Of a DNA stretch of 64,000 nt, positions 17,891 through 27,268 are shown one piece after another (positions within the stretch are counted from its first letter, which is position 1; each line of letters begins with the position of its first letter). The notes under the pieces were generated by a model that searched no databases, was not told where the DNA came from, and worked only from the letters and a program-made list of their open reading frames with translations. Position numbers and translations under genes: made by a program. Source of the stretch: Bacillota bacterium (GTDB taxonomy: Bacteria; Bacillota; Clostridia; Christensenellales; UBA1242); the NCBI GenBank assembly GCA_009780065.1, contig WRAS01000004.1:4062-68061 (forward strand), given 5' to 3'.

Positions 17891-19210
17891 TCACCATATA
17901 AATTGCGGGATGAAAGCGGAACCAGATGCTAGGGCCCAAGGCAATGTTGATTCGCCGGTGGGAAGTAATAATCTTCCCTGTACCATTTGTGTGAAAAGGT
18001 CATAATTCCGCGCAAGTTCCAGTGTAGGGGTGTCGTTACTGTGCCAGTTCCAAACCTGTCCGTCTATGGATATTATGGCAACCAAGACCAGAGTTGCATT
18101 CCCATGTGCGATCAAAGATGTGTGGCTTAGTCCCAGTGCGTTGGTAATTGGTGCAAAACCATAGTTGTTATGGCCTATGATTTGACCGCTGTGCGTGGAA
18201 AGTATACCAAGGTTGAATACATTGTTAATTGAATGTATGTAATCACGTGTTCCGATAATCCCGCCTATGTTTGTTGAGTTAGGTGCGGAGATATTTCCAC
18301 GGTTGTAACTGTTGATGGTTGAGCCGCCTGCAACACGACCTGCAATCCCGCCTATGTTTGCTGCGTTATCACTTGTGGTTAGTGAACCGTAGTTTGCGAC
18401 ACTGTGAGCAACGAAATTGTGTGAAAAGCCAACAATTCCGCCAAGATGGGTTGTTCTTTGAACGGATATGTTTGCGCGGTTAATTATTCCGCTGAAACTA
18501 GCGCTGTGTGGATTGGAACCGGCTAGTCCGCCAATTGAATATATGCCGTCTTGCCCCACGAAGGTATTTATCTCGCCGTCAATTTGAATATTTCGTATGG
18601 TTGCGCTACCGCCGATTGTTCCGAATAGCCCGAATGTGTTGCCGATTGGGTTTAGGATTTTGTTCGGCATAGTTAATGTGTTGAAACCACCATACAGTGT
18701 TCCTTGGAAGACAGTAGTGTTGTTGGTTAATCCAACCGGAACCCATGGAAGTGTAGATAGATTAATGTTATTTCCCAGAGTAATAAATTGGTCTCGGAAG
18801 TCATGTGTTTCCGAGTTTACAAGATATGCAAGTCCAGCCATGTCGGCATCTGTATTTATAATGAATGGATTTTGTTGATTTCCACGATTTGGGTGTGCTG
18901 TAAACCATTCTGTGTGGAAGTGATTGTCTTGCCATGTTCCGTATATTGGTAGGGTCTCTTGTTCTGGGATTGGGGTTGGATCTGCGGTAGCGGTAGTGAG
19001 GCTGAAGATAGAGAAAACCAGCACAGATAAAGACAACATAAGTACGCCGGAAAGGATAAGGGGACTGGAGGACCTTTTGTTGGCGGCACGTTTTCGTTTA
19101 TTAACAACACGAAGTTCGCTTTGTTGTTTTGATTGTTTAAGGTGCAGTGGATAGTTTTTCATTTGTATTATTAATAGAATACCAACAATCGAATTTTTGG
19201 TCAATTTCAT
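17891..19210 (-). CDS. Signal-anchored surface protein with GLUG-like repeats
   Basis: Hydrophobic anchor LILSGVLMLSLSVLVFSIF. Repeated IGGLAG / LGGIVG / IGGIAG / IGGIIG motifs. Alternative start at 19162. Confidence 0.65.
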   Translation of the reverse strand: MKLTKNSIVGILLIIQMKNYPLHLKQSKQQSELRVVNKRKRAANKRSSSPLILSGVLMLSLSVLVFSIFSLTTATADPTPIPEQETLPIYGTWQDNHFHTEWFTAHPNRGNQQNPFIINTDADMAGLAYLVNSETHDFRDQFITLGNNINLSTLPWVPVGLTNNTTVFQGTLYGGFNTLTMPNKILNPIGNTFGLFGTIGGSATIRNIQIDGEINTFVGQDGIYSIGGLAGSNPHSASFSGIINRANISVQRTTHLGGIVGFSHNFVAHSVANYGSLTTSDNAANIGGIAGRVAGGSTINSYNRGNISAPNSTNIGGIIGTRDYIHSINNVFNLGILSTHSGQIIGHNNYGFAPITNALGLSHTSLIAHGNATLVLVAIISIDGQVWNWHSNDTPTLELARNYDLFTQMVQGRLLLPTGESTLPWALASGSAFIPQFIW

Positions 19211-19245
19211 TTTCCATTTTTTAATTTTCAGTCTATAATGCAGTT

Positions 19246-19980
19246 ATGACATACAGATCAACAAAAATGATTAATGACCACTTTGCCTTGGATGCAAGTT
19301 TTGAACCGTTCTTGGCGATAAAATCTCCGAGTGGTGAGATTACCAAACGTATACCAATTACAAATCCATTGGAAAAGGGATATGTTTATGCCAGTCTTTT
19401 CTTTTACGATGAGGCCGCACGTGAAGTGGGTAAGTTAAATAAAATGGTGAAAAACATTCTGGATGAAATTAATCAGATAGTTGTGATAGAGGAGCCTGCG
19501 AAATTGTTGATGGAATTATCGGCTCGTGTACGGAATGCGATAGGCGACGACAGTTTGGATGCATACATAAAAGAGGTTCTTGCCGAGAACCAACGTGCGA
19601 TTTCATTATTGCCAACAGAGGAAGAACGAAAAAAATTGGCAAAAATTAAAGAGGCCATTTTTACCGAGTTGTTTGATGGCTTTTTGGATATGACATTTAG
19701 AAATACGACTGAGTCTGGTGACTTTAGAACATTTAAATTTACAACGCAATACGTGGATGCATTGACCGAACGTCAGAAGAAGTTGGTGGCACCTGCACTT
19801 AAGATGGCGGGATTTATTGATAAGTTGCGTTTGGATGATTTGGAACTGCTGCCTGATTGGAGTGTAAGATTTAAACCCGCAAGATTGTCTGAAGGATTTG
19901 GTCAGAAAGAAGACGAGATTAAAACTGGTTTGAAAAAATTAATGGAAACGCATTTGATAAACGATACGGAAAATGATTAA
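19246..19980 (+). CDS. Hypothetical protein (244 aa)
   Basis: ORF with TATAAT 6 nt upstream of the ATG. No motif recognised. Confidence 0.55.
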   Translation: MTYRSTKMINDHFALDASFEPFLAIKSPSGEITKRIPITNPLEKGYVYASLFFYDEAAREVGKLNKMVKNILDEINQIVVIEEPAKLLMELSARVRNAIGDDSLDAYIKEVLAENQRAISLLPTEEERKKLAKIKEAIFTELFDGFLDMTFRNTTESGDFRTFKFTTQYVDALTERQKKLVAPALKMAGFIDKLRLDDLELLPDWSVRFKPARLSEGFGQKEDEIKTGLKKLMETHLINDTEND

Positions 19981-20736
19981 TTATTGGATGTTGATAATCA
20001 TATTGTTTTGAATTTCGAACCGCAGATTTTGCGGTTTATTTTCTTTTATAATTGTTACGATATTTTGGTCGCCAAGATAGTTGTTGAGCAATATTTCAAA
20101 ATTGCCAAAATAATTTCGGAGGGAAGTCTCGCTGATATCAAATGAAAGTAATTTGCGTGCCTTGCTGTATTCATCAAATAAAATGTGTTGTAGGAACATT
20201 AATTGTAGTGGGGCGTGCTTGAATGGTTTTTTTAGATGTTTTTCAACACGATTGTGTGCAGGGCAATAAACGAAATGAATGTTGCTGTCCGTCAGTACAA
20301 TTTTGTTGTCTTGTAAACTGATGTTTGGGTTTTGCACAATTGTGTCTAGGCATACCGCAAATTTGTCGTGTTTTTTGGAAAATATTGTGAAGAAACTGGA
20401 GTTCTCGTTTTGTGCGATTTCCACGGTGTATCTTTTTGGGAAGATGAAATGCGTGCTGGTATGTGTGACTTTTAAGGTGTTAGATATTTGCTGGGTTTTT
20501 AATTTAATTAAAAACAATTTCGGTGTAATTTGGTAAATGGTATGCGGAAATTTGTCCAAGTGATTGGTGTTAAGCGTTAACTGGGTTATGAATTTTGGAT
20601 GCAATTTATTAGCCAATTGTATAATAAGGTCTGCATTTGTGAACCAATCCATGGCAAAAGGGAAGTCGTGTACAACAAGATCATTATTGATTATTATTGT
20701 TTCATCGCTTTCAAATATAAGACGTATTGAATCCAT
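19981..20736 (-). CDS. Hypothetical protein (251 aa)
   Basis: Long ORF whose stop abuts the stop of 19246..19980. No motif recognised. Confidence 0.55.
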   Translation of the reverse strand: MDSIRLIFESDETIIINNDLVVHDFPFAMDWFTNADLIIQLANKLHPKFITQLTLNTNHLDKFPHTIYQITPKLFLIKLKTQQISNTLKVTHTSTHFIFPKRYTVEIAQNENSSFFTIFSKKHDKFAVCLDTIVQNPNISLQDNKIVLTDSNIHFVYCPAHNRVEKHLKKPFKHAPLQLMFLQHILFDEYSKARKLLSFDISETSLRNYFGNFEILLNNYLGDQNIVTIIKENKPQNLRFEIQNNMIINIQ

Positions 20737-20817
20737 AGTATATTAAATGTCTTGAAAAATGATTTCATAACTTGTTTACTTTGCATTTTTTAATTTTGGT
20801 ACTATACTACTTCAATT

Positions 20818-21621
20818 ATGAATGATATACCGATAATGTGTAAGGTGTGTGATGCTTTTGTCTTGGCGGAAACCAGGACGCCTTTTGTTATGTGCCCATA
20901 TTGTGCGAAAAAGGTTTCAGTGGAAGAAAGTTCGGAAAAATTTGATGAGTTTATCAGTTTGCCTGCGAATACTTCGGTAACTATTGCAAAGTGTTTGGAG
21001 TTGGAATCTGCGGAAGGTGTGGTTTTGCCGATATTGATACTGGGCGAATTGATTGACAAGTTTCCAAAGAACGAGGAACTTGCCTTTTTATTTGTTCGAA
21101 TGATGGATTATGACAGAATAGCGGTTAAAAACTATCTAACAAATTTCAAAGGTGTGCGAAAAAAACAACCATTTGCCAAAGAGTTTCTAAGTGAAGCCCT
21201 GACTGTACGAAATATGGAATACGTGAACATGTTTGAAGAATATGTAGAAAACAAGATAGAGGGCAGGAAAAAAAGAAAGTATTTAGAAATTATGCAGGAA
21301 TTGAAAACAGCATATGTGGGAAGTGCCTATGGTGATGCGTCGCTTGGGTTGCTGTATACTTTTTTTGTAATTGCGATTTTGATTAACTTGGGTTTGACGG
21401 TATTTTTTATATTATCCAATTTTCATTTGGTGGTATATACGTTGTTGGCGCTGGCTGTGTTGGCGATTGAGATTACGTTGTTGTTTTTGCATAACAGAAT
21501 ATATGGTAACCGATTGGAAATATCCGAGACCGAACGATTGCTGATGGTTGCGTTTATGTCTACAATTGTAATTGTGGTGGGTGGTGTGTTTGTTGGTGCG
21601 CTTGCAAATAATTGGTTTTAA
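20818..21621 (+). CDS. Hypothetical protein with an N-terminal Zn-ribbon and C-terminal TM helices
   Basis: CKVC...CPYC at the N-terminus. Three hydrophobic segments at the C-terminus. Confidence 0.5.
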   Translation: MNDIPIMCKVCDAFVLAETRTPFVMCPYCAKKVSVEESSEKFDEFISLPANTSVTIAKCLELESAEGVVLPILILGELIDKFPKNEELAFLFVRMMDYDRIAVKNYLTNFKGVRKKQPFAKEFLSEALTVRNMEYVNMFEEYVENKIEGRKKRKYLEIMQELKTAYVGSAYGDASLGLLYTFFVIAILINLGLTVFFILSNFHLVVYTLLALAVLAIEITLLFLHNRIYGNRLEISETERLLMVAFMSTIVIVVGGVFVGALANNWF

Positions 21622-21630
21622 GGGGATTTA

Positions 21631-22494
21631 ATGAAAAAGGTTGAATTTGTGGTGGAGAAGGAAAGCACGTTGTTGCCCCTTATTAAGGCGAATATTTTTG
21701 GTGCGGGATATGCGTTTTGTAAAAAGGTGTTGAAGAACAAAGATGTACGTGTAAATGGTGTACGGATATCAAAAGACATGCAATTACAAACGGGGGATGA
21801 GGTTGTAATATTTTATAGTGAAAAAGATATTAGTGAATATAAACCGTACGATATCTTCTTTGAAGATAAAAATGTTTTGGTCGTATTTAAAAAACGCGGA
21901 ATCGAAACCACCAGCGAGGTCAACCAAAATACATTGGAAAATGTGTTAAAAACACAGTTAAACAAGGAGTTGATCGCTGTACACCGATTGGATACAAATA
22001 CCGATGGTTTGGTGGTGTTTGCAAAAAATAAAAAAGCGGAAGACGAATTGTTGATGGGGTTTGAACGCGGATATGTGGATAAGGAGTATCTGGCGCTTTG
22101 TTTTGGTACATTGCAAAAATCGCCATTAACTTTGGTGGGGTTTTTAAGTAAAAACGCAAAAAGTGGTTTGGTAACGGTATCGCGCGAACGTGAAACAAAA
22201 AAGGATTTGCCAATCAAAACCGTGGTGGAACACGTAAAAATGGTCCAGGATTTATCTTTGGTTCGCGTTCGTCCTATTACGGGTCGTACCCATCAAATTC
22301 GTGCACATCTTTCGTCTATTGGTTTGTATATTGTGGGAGATGGAAAATACGGGAACGCAAAGATGAACAACGCCTACGGATATACGAAGCAATGTTTGTC
22401 TGCGGTAAAAATTGGGTTTAATTTCCCGCCAGAGTTTTCTTTGGCGTATTTGAATAATAAAAAACTAGAGGTAGAGCCAGAGTTCTTGAAATAG
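21631..22494 (+). CDS. RluA-family pseudouridine synthase with an S4-like N-domain
   Basis: HRLDTNTDGLVVFAK and GRTHQIRAHL motifs. Confidence 0.85.
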   Translation: MKKVEFVVEKESTLLPLIKANIFGAGYAFCKKVLKNKDVRVNGVRISKDMQLQTGDEVVIFYSEKDISEYKPYDIFFEDKNVLVVFKKRGIETTSEVNQNTLENVLKTQLNKELIAVHRLDTNTDGLVVFAKNKKAEDELLMGFERGYVDKEYLALCFGTLQKSPLTLVGFLSKNAKSGLVTVSRERETKKDLPIKTVVEHVKMVQDLSLVRVRPITGRTHQIRAHLSSIGLYIVGDGKYGNAKMNNAYGYTKQCLSAVKIGFNFPPEFSLAYLNNKKLEVEPEFLK

Positions 22495-22495
22495 G

Positions 22496-23152
22496 CTAAA
22501 ACCATTGGAGTTGTTCAAGGGGACGTTGATATTCGTGTCCTTGTTTTGGTTTGAAGTTAAATTTGTCATCCCAATTAAATCCGGCGTTCGTGTATTGTAC
22601 TTTCATTTCACCTTGTAATTCTTGCCAAAATGGGATTAATGGGGGATAGTTTGCAACGTGCTTGTGGGGACTGGTTGCATCAAATTCGACGGATTCAATG
22701 TTTTTAAGTCCGCGTGACATTTTATGTACACAACATTCTAATTTATCCAATGCTTTTACAAATCTGGATTCTGGGGTTTGTTGTTGTTCGTATTCGTTAA
22801 TTAATTCATGGAATTTATTACCAAAAATTTCAACCATCCTTTGCATATTTTCTGCTTCGAACTCGGCTTTTTGTTCTTTTAGGATTTCGCATTTGTTTGT
22901 TTTTATTGATTCGTAGTCTTGTGCAAGGCCGATTTCCAGTAGATCATGTACCCTTATGAGGTCAATAACGTTTTTAACGTCAAGATCAAGGTTATATTTT
23001 TCGATTAATTCCATCGCCATAAAGATCATGTTGTAGGTATGATCTGCAACGCTTTCGCCGAATCGCTTTTGGCTTGAATACCGTTTGACGTCTTTCAATT
23101 GGTTGGCCACAAGAAATCTGGATATTAGTGCTGACTTTTTATGGTCTTTCAT
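22496..23152 (-). CDS. HD-domain phosphohydrolase (YfbR-like)
   Basis: ADHTYNM ... RVHDLLEI, i.e. H..HD..D-type spacing. Confidence 0.65.
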   Translation of the reverse strand: MKDHKKSALISRFLVANQLKDVKRYSSQKRFGESVADHTYNMIFMAMELIEKYNLDLDVKNVIDLIRVHDLLEIGLAQDYESIKTNKCEILKEQKAEFEAENMQRMVEIFGNKFHELINEYEQQQTPESRFVKALDKLECCVHKMSRGLKNIESVEFDATSPHKHVANYPPLIPFWQELQGEMKVQYTNAGFNWDDKFNFKPKQGHEYQRPLEQLQWF

Positions 23153-23172
23153 TAATTATTATAACAATTTGG

Positions 23173-23784
23173 TTAAGTCGAAGTCAATACTGGGTTTGAA
23201 TCTTGTAAGTCTTTAGCGTGTTCGTCTTGTATTTCTGGTTTTCTTTTTAATCTTCGTACATAAAAGATAATAATTGATGTAATGACCGCGACGGCTTTTA
23301 TCAAATTGGTTGGGTTGAGGAAAAAGAAGATACTGTTAACAATCATTGCCAGTCGGTAGACCAATTGACTGGAGCGCAAGATATGAATGCCTTTTACCCA
23401 TTTACCGAAATTTGCAAATAAAACCACGGCAAGCAAAACCCATTCAAACCAAAGTCGTGAATACCACCATGCCCAGAATACAACACCGAAAGAGACAAGA
23501 CTGAATAAAACAAATCCGAGGATGGATTTCCATAGTTTGACTGTGCCTTTGCTGGTTTGCGCAAAAAAGAGATTTTTAAAAATACTGACCACCTTTAATC
23601 CCGCAAGCGACCAGTTTAACAAGAATAAATAGTTAAGCGATTTGAAAACGTTGCCAATTGCAGATAGTTGTAAGGTCTTGGCTTTGTCTTTGTATTGGAA
23701 TTTTATAAACGCAATTACAATGTTTATTGCCCCGAAAACCTGGGACAATATAAACATCCATAAAACCACAGGAAGTTCGAACAT
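23173..23784 (-). CDS. YgjV-family inner membrane protein (paralog of 14673..15257)
   Basis: The MFELPVVLWMFILSQVFGAINIVIAF N-terminus parallels the other copy. Confidence 0.55.
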   Translation of the reverse strand: MFELPVVLWMFILSQVFGAINIVIAFIKFQYKDKAKTLQLSAIGNVFKSLNYLFLLNWSLAGLKVVSIFKNLFFAQTSKGTVKLWKSILGFVLFSLVSFGVVFWAWWYSRLWFEWVLLAVVLFANFGKWVKGIHILRSSQLVYRLAMIVNSIFFFLNPTNLIKAVAVITSIIIFYVRRLKRKPEIQDEHAKDLQDSNPVLTST

Positions 23785-23898
23785 GAGACACCTACCTTTA
23801 TTTTAACTTGCCTAGTATACATGATTTTGAAAATAAATGCGTGTGTGATTTAAAAATATCTTCTTATTTTCTTTATGTTGTGATTTTAATGATAACTA

Positions 23899-23927
23899 TT
23901 GACTATTTTTGCATATAATGATATAAT
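23899..23927 (+). promoter_or_regulatory. Consensus leaderless promoter (TTGACT-17-TATAAT-6-ATG)
   Basis: Counted directly upstream of 23934. Confidence 0.6.
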
Positions 23928-23933
23928 ACCGCT

Positions 23934-24155
23934 ATGAAAACATTAATTGGGATTTTGATTTTTGTTGCAGCACTGGTTGGTGCGATTGTTGGTATTGTAT
24001 TGGTGGCGGGTGCGGAATTCGATCACTGGTTCTATAGATGGTTGGTTATTGGAATTATTGTATTTGTATGGGCGTCATTAATTATTGTTAGTGGGGTGTT
24101 ATTCGAACAAGCATCTCGTGACCGCGATCGTGCAGAGGCCAGAGCAGAATATTAA
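23934..24155 (+). CDS. Small two-TM membrane protein (73 aa)
   Basis: Bracketed by a consensus promoter and a strong terminator. Confidence 0.5.
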   Translation: MKTLIGILIFVAALVGAIVGIVLVAGAEFDHWFYRWLVIGIIVFVWASLIIVSGVLFEQASRDRDRAEARAEY

Positions 24156-24164
24156 AAATTAAAA

Positions 24165-24190
24165 AAAGACCCCCTAGAGGGGTTTTTTAT
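24165..24190 (+). terminator. Intrinsic terminator
   Basis: GACCCCCTAGAGGGGTTTTTT. Confidence 0.75.
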
Positions 24191-24227
24191 TTTGCAAAGA
24201 TAATTACTTGGTGATAGATTATTTCAC

Positions 24228-25784
24228 GTGAATAAAACCAAAGAAGATAAATCATCCAAGAAATTATTTAACGTGCGACCAATTGTATTGTGGGCGTTTA
24301 TTGTTTTCTTGACAGTTGTCTTTTTGAATTGGGCAATTATTTGGGCGGTTGTATGGTTGGCGGCTTTGGTTGTCTTTTTTATTGTGTTGCAGAAAATTAA
24401 ACCAAAGAATGAGTTTTTAAACTTTTTGGGTACCAGTCAGGTTTTTTTTGTGGTTAGTGTGATTTTAATAGTTCTTGTGATGATATCGTTTACGGTTACA
24501 ACCCTAATATATACCAATCAACCAGCATTTACAGGCAATGGTACATTGCAAGGCACGGTGCGGTCTTTTAATATTAATGAAAATGGAGAAGGGAGCTTTT
24601 TGTTAACCAATGCCAGTTTAAATAACGAAAATGTCCGTGGCCGTGTGAGGGTGAATGTACGTAATTTAAACACGCAAAGTATAGAGAACATCAGAACAGG
24701 TGCAGTTGTTAGTGTTTTTACAAATATTCGCGGCACCAGTCCAAGTAACTTTGCAATAAATAATTCGATACGATATACGGCAACAATAAACGCACGTCAA
24801 GTTGTTTTTGAGCAGGACGCGCGTGATGTTCGTAGTGTTGTTTTGCGACATGTCGATGGATTTATTTCGCGACATATGTCGGACGACGCGGGGACATTGA
24901 TGTATTCCATGTTATTCGGGGACAGGAGTACCTTGGATGATGAAATTAGGGACAGTTTTAGATTAACGGGAATAGCACATATTTTGGCGGTTAGTGGAAT
25001 GCATGTTGGGATATTGGTTCTGGTTATTTTATGGATTCTGGGTGCGTTGAAATTAAATAAACGAGCGCAGATTATTTTAATTTTGTTTTTTCTGTTGTTT
25101 TACATGTATTTGTGTGATTTTCGCATTTCTATTATTCGGTCTTCGATTATGTTTTTTACATTTGCGTTTATGCGATTGTTTGTACGGCGGATTGATTTAT
25201 TAACCTGTATTTGTCTGGCGTGGATTATTGTTTTGGTTTTGTTTCCGTATTCGTTGTTTTCGGTTTCATTTAAACTAAGTTTTGGGTGTATGTTTGGCTT
25301 TGCATTGTTTTACAGGCCGGTTGCAGATTGGCTTGGTAAATATTTGGGGCAGAGTCGTGTTAGTAAAGTTATTGTGAATAGTTTATCGGCATATACCGTG
25401 ACGTCAATCACAACCACGCCGTTTTTGATTTATTACTTTGGTTTTGTGTCTATTACGGGTTTCTTTGCGAATGTGTTGTTGATACCGATATTATTGATTG
25501 CTTTTAAGGCAACTTTTGTTGCAATTATTACTTATGTGGGTTGGCCGTTGTTACATTTGGTGGATCCGTTTATTCGTGTTATTTTGGGTGTGACCAATTG
25601 GTTGGCGGGAGCGCGTTGGGGTACGATTCAGTTGGATGCGGTGGGGGCGTGGTATTTGTTTTATTTCGTGGGGCTGTTTGTGATTTCGCGATTCATTTTC
25701 ATGGAGAGGCGAACCAAAATAATTGTGGCGTCGATCTGCTTTGGGGTTTATGTGGTATCGTTGATTGTGGTAAATTTAATTTAA
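24228..25784 (+). CDS. comEC: ComEC/Rec2-family DNA internalisation channel (competence domain only, no beta-lactamase domain)
   Basis: GIAHILAVSGMHVGIL motif in a polytopic membrane protein. GTG start 7 nt after TGaTAGATT. Confidence 0.85.
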   Translation: MNKTKEDKSSKKLFNVRPIVLWAFIVFLTVVFLNWAIIWAVVWLAALVVFFIVLQKIKPKNEFLNFLGTSQVFFVVSVILIVLVMISFTVTTLIYTNQPAFTGNGTLQGTVRSFNINENGEGSFLLTNASLNNENVRGRVRVNVRNLNTQSIENIRTGAVVSVFTNIRGTSPSNFAINNSIRYTATINARQVVFEQDARDVRSVVLRHVDGFISRHMSDDAGTLMYSMLFGDRSTLDDEIRDSFRLTGIAHILAVSGMHVGILVLVILWILGALKLNKRAQIILILFFLLFYMYLCDFRISIIRSSIMFFTFAFMRLFVRRIDLLTCICLAWIIVLVLFPYSLFSVSFKLSFGCMFGFALFYRPVADWLGKYLGQSRVSKVIVNSLSAYTVTSITTTPFLIYYFGFVSITGFFANVLLIPILLIAFKATFVAIITYVGWPLLHLVDPFIRVILGVTNWLAGARWGTIQLDAVGAWYLFYFVGLFVISRFIFMERRTKIIVASICFGVYVVSLIVVNLI

Positions 25785-25978
25785 AATAATTCTTTCGGGT
25801 CTATTTTTAACTCTTTGCAAATTTTGAACAGTATATCAACGCTGACATTTACTTTTCCTGTTTCAAGTAAATGCATATATCCTGTGGATTTTCCAATTCT
25901 TAAACTTAATTCATATGCTGAAATATTTTTTTCTTGTCTTGCTTTAGCAAGACGCAAGCCAAATTCTTTTTTTGTCAT
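25781..25978 (-). CDS. XRE-family HTH regulator (65 aa)
   Basis: ISAYELSLRIGKSTGYMHLLETGK is a typical HTH_3 segment. Confidence 0.7.
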   Translation of the reverse strand: MTKKEFGLRLAKARQEKNISAYELSLRIGKSTGYMHLLETGKVNVSVDILFKICKELKIDPKELF

Positions 25979-26008
25979 ATTACATTATTATCTGCAAAAA
26001 CCACTTGT

Positions 26009-26051
26009 ATAATCGAGTATTTCTCGATATAATCGATTTATACTCGATTAT
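26009..26051. promoter_or_regulatory. Nested palindromic operator between the divergent HTH genes
   Basis: ATAATCGAGTAT (26009-26020) and its exact reverse complement ATACTCGATTAT (26040-26051) flank an inner TCGAT-ATA-ATCGA palindrome. Confidence 0.5.
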
Positions 26052-26060
26052 GGAGGGTCT

Positions 26061-26270
26061 GTGACTTATTTTCAAAAGATATTACGCGAACTTATGGATG
26101 AAAAAGATTTAGATCAAATTGAACTCGCAAATGCTCTTAGATGTCGTCAAGGCGAAATTTTAAACTGGGTAAATGGTAAATCCAAGCCAGATTATGATTT
26201 AATAAAAGCACTTAGTGATTATTTTAATGTATCGGCAGATATGCTGCTTGATACAAATTTTGTCGATTGA
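26061..26270 (+). CDS. XRE-family HTH regulator (69 aa)
   Basis: LDQIELANALRCRQGEILNWVNGKSKP HTH segment. GTG start after a GGAGGG SD. Confidence 0.7.
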   Translation: MTYFQKILRELMDEKDLDQIELANALRCRQGEILNWVNGKSKPDYDLIKALSDYFNVSADMLLDTNFVD

Positions 26271-26315
26271 GAAACTTATGTTCTTTACCAAACCTTGTTT
26301 TGATGTTATCATTTA

Positions 26316-27242
26316 ATGATGGAATTTGTGAATCTGCGTGCGTCGTTAAAGGAAAAGGTAGAGTCTGTCTATATTTTGTTTGGTGCGGATATCTTTTTGG
26401 TTAATAAAGCAGTTGATTTAATAGTTGGGACGTTAAAGACGGATGATGTCTCAAAATTTGATGAAAGTGCAAGTGCGTCCCAGATTATAGGTGCGTGTAA
26501 TACCTTGTCTATGTTTGGCGGGAAACGGATTATCTTGGCGAGGGTGGTGGATTCCACAGTGAAAGAATTTTCCAAATATTTCGGTGCGCCAAATCCGGAA
26601 TGTGTGTTGATTTTAATTGTGGATAGTGAAAAGGCTCCGGCGGGTGCGAAAAGTGTGCTTTGTGTGGATTGTAATCCGATGAAGGGTGATGTTGTATTAA
26701 AACTGATTGCGAACCAAGTGGCGGCGGTGGGGAAGACGATTTCGACCACTGCAGCGGGTTTGGTTGCGAAGTATTGTGGAAATAACTATGCCAAGATTGA
26801 TAATGAATTGGTAAAGATTCTGAATTTTTATTCGGATGAAAAAATAATTGATACGACTCATGTGGAAGAAATAATCCATAAAGACGAAGAATTCCAGGTA
26901 TATGAACTGGCAAGTTGTTTGTTCAAAGGTGATCAAGTTGGTGCGAATAAGATACATGAACGTCTTAAAGGTGTGGGAGTCGAGGATTATGTTGTTTTTG
27001 CTTCGTTGATTTCTGCGATTAGACGTGTTTATTATTCTTTGGGTACAAAGGCATCCAATGATGCAGTTGCAGCATATCTAAAGTGTAGTCCATGGGCGAT
27101 TAACTTTGCACGTCGAGACAATAAACATCTTGCAAGCAAAGTTGCGAATGTTTATAAGCATGCACTGGGTCTGGAATATAAAATTAAAAGCGGTGAGATT
27201 GGTGTGGAAGCCGCGACCGAAATGCTGTGGATGCTGGTTTGA
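26316..27242 (+). CDS. holA: DNA polymerase III delta subunit
   Basis: Size, the position after comEC that is conserved in Firmicutes, and the delta-like N-terminus (YILFGADIFLV). The start could be the second ATG at 26319. Confidence 0.75.
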   Translation: MMEFVNLRASLKEKVESVYILFGADIFLVNKAVDLIVGTLKTDDVSKFDESASASQIIGACNTLSMFGGKRIILARVVDSTVKEFSKYFGAPNPECVLILIVDSEKAPAGAKSVLCVDCNPMKGDVVLKLIANQVAAVGKTISTTAAGLVAKYCGNNYAKIDNELVKILNFYSDEKIIDTTHVEEIIHKDEEFQVYELASCLFKGDQVGANKIHERLKGVGVEDYVVFASLISAIRRVYYSLGTKASNDAVAAYLKCSPWAINFARRDNKHLASKVANVYKHALGLEYKIKSGEIGVEAATEMLWMLV

Positions 27243-27268
27243 GAATTAAATTTATGTTATTATAAAAT

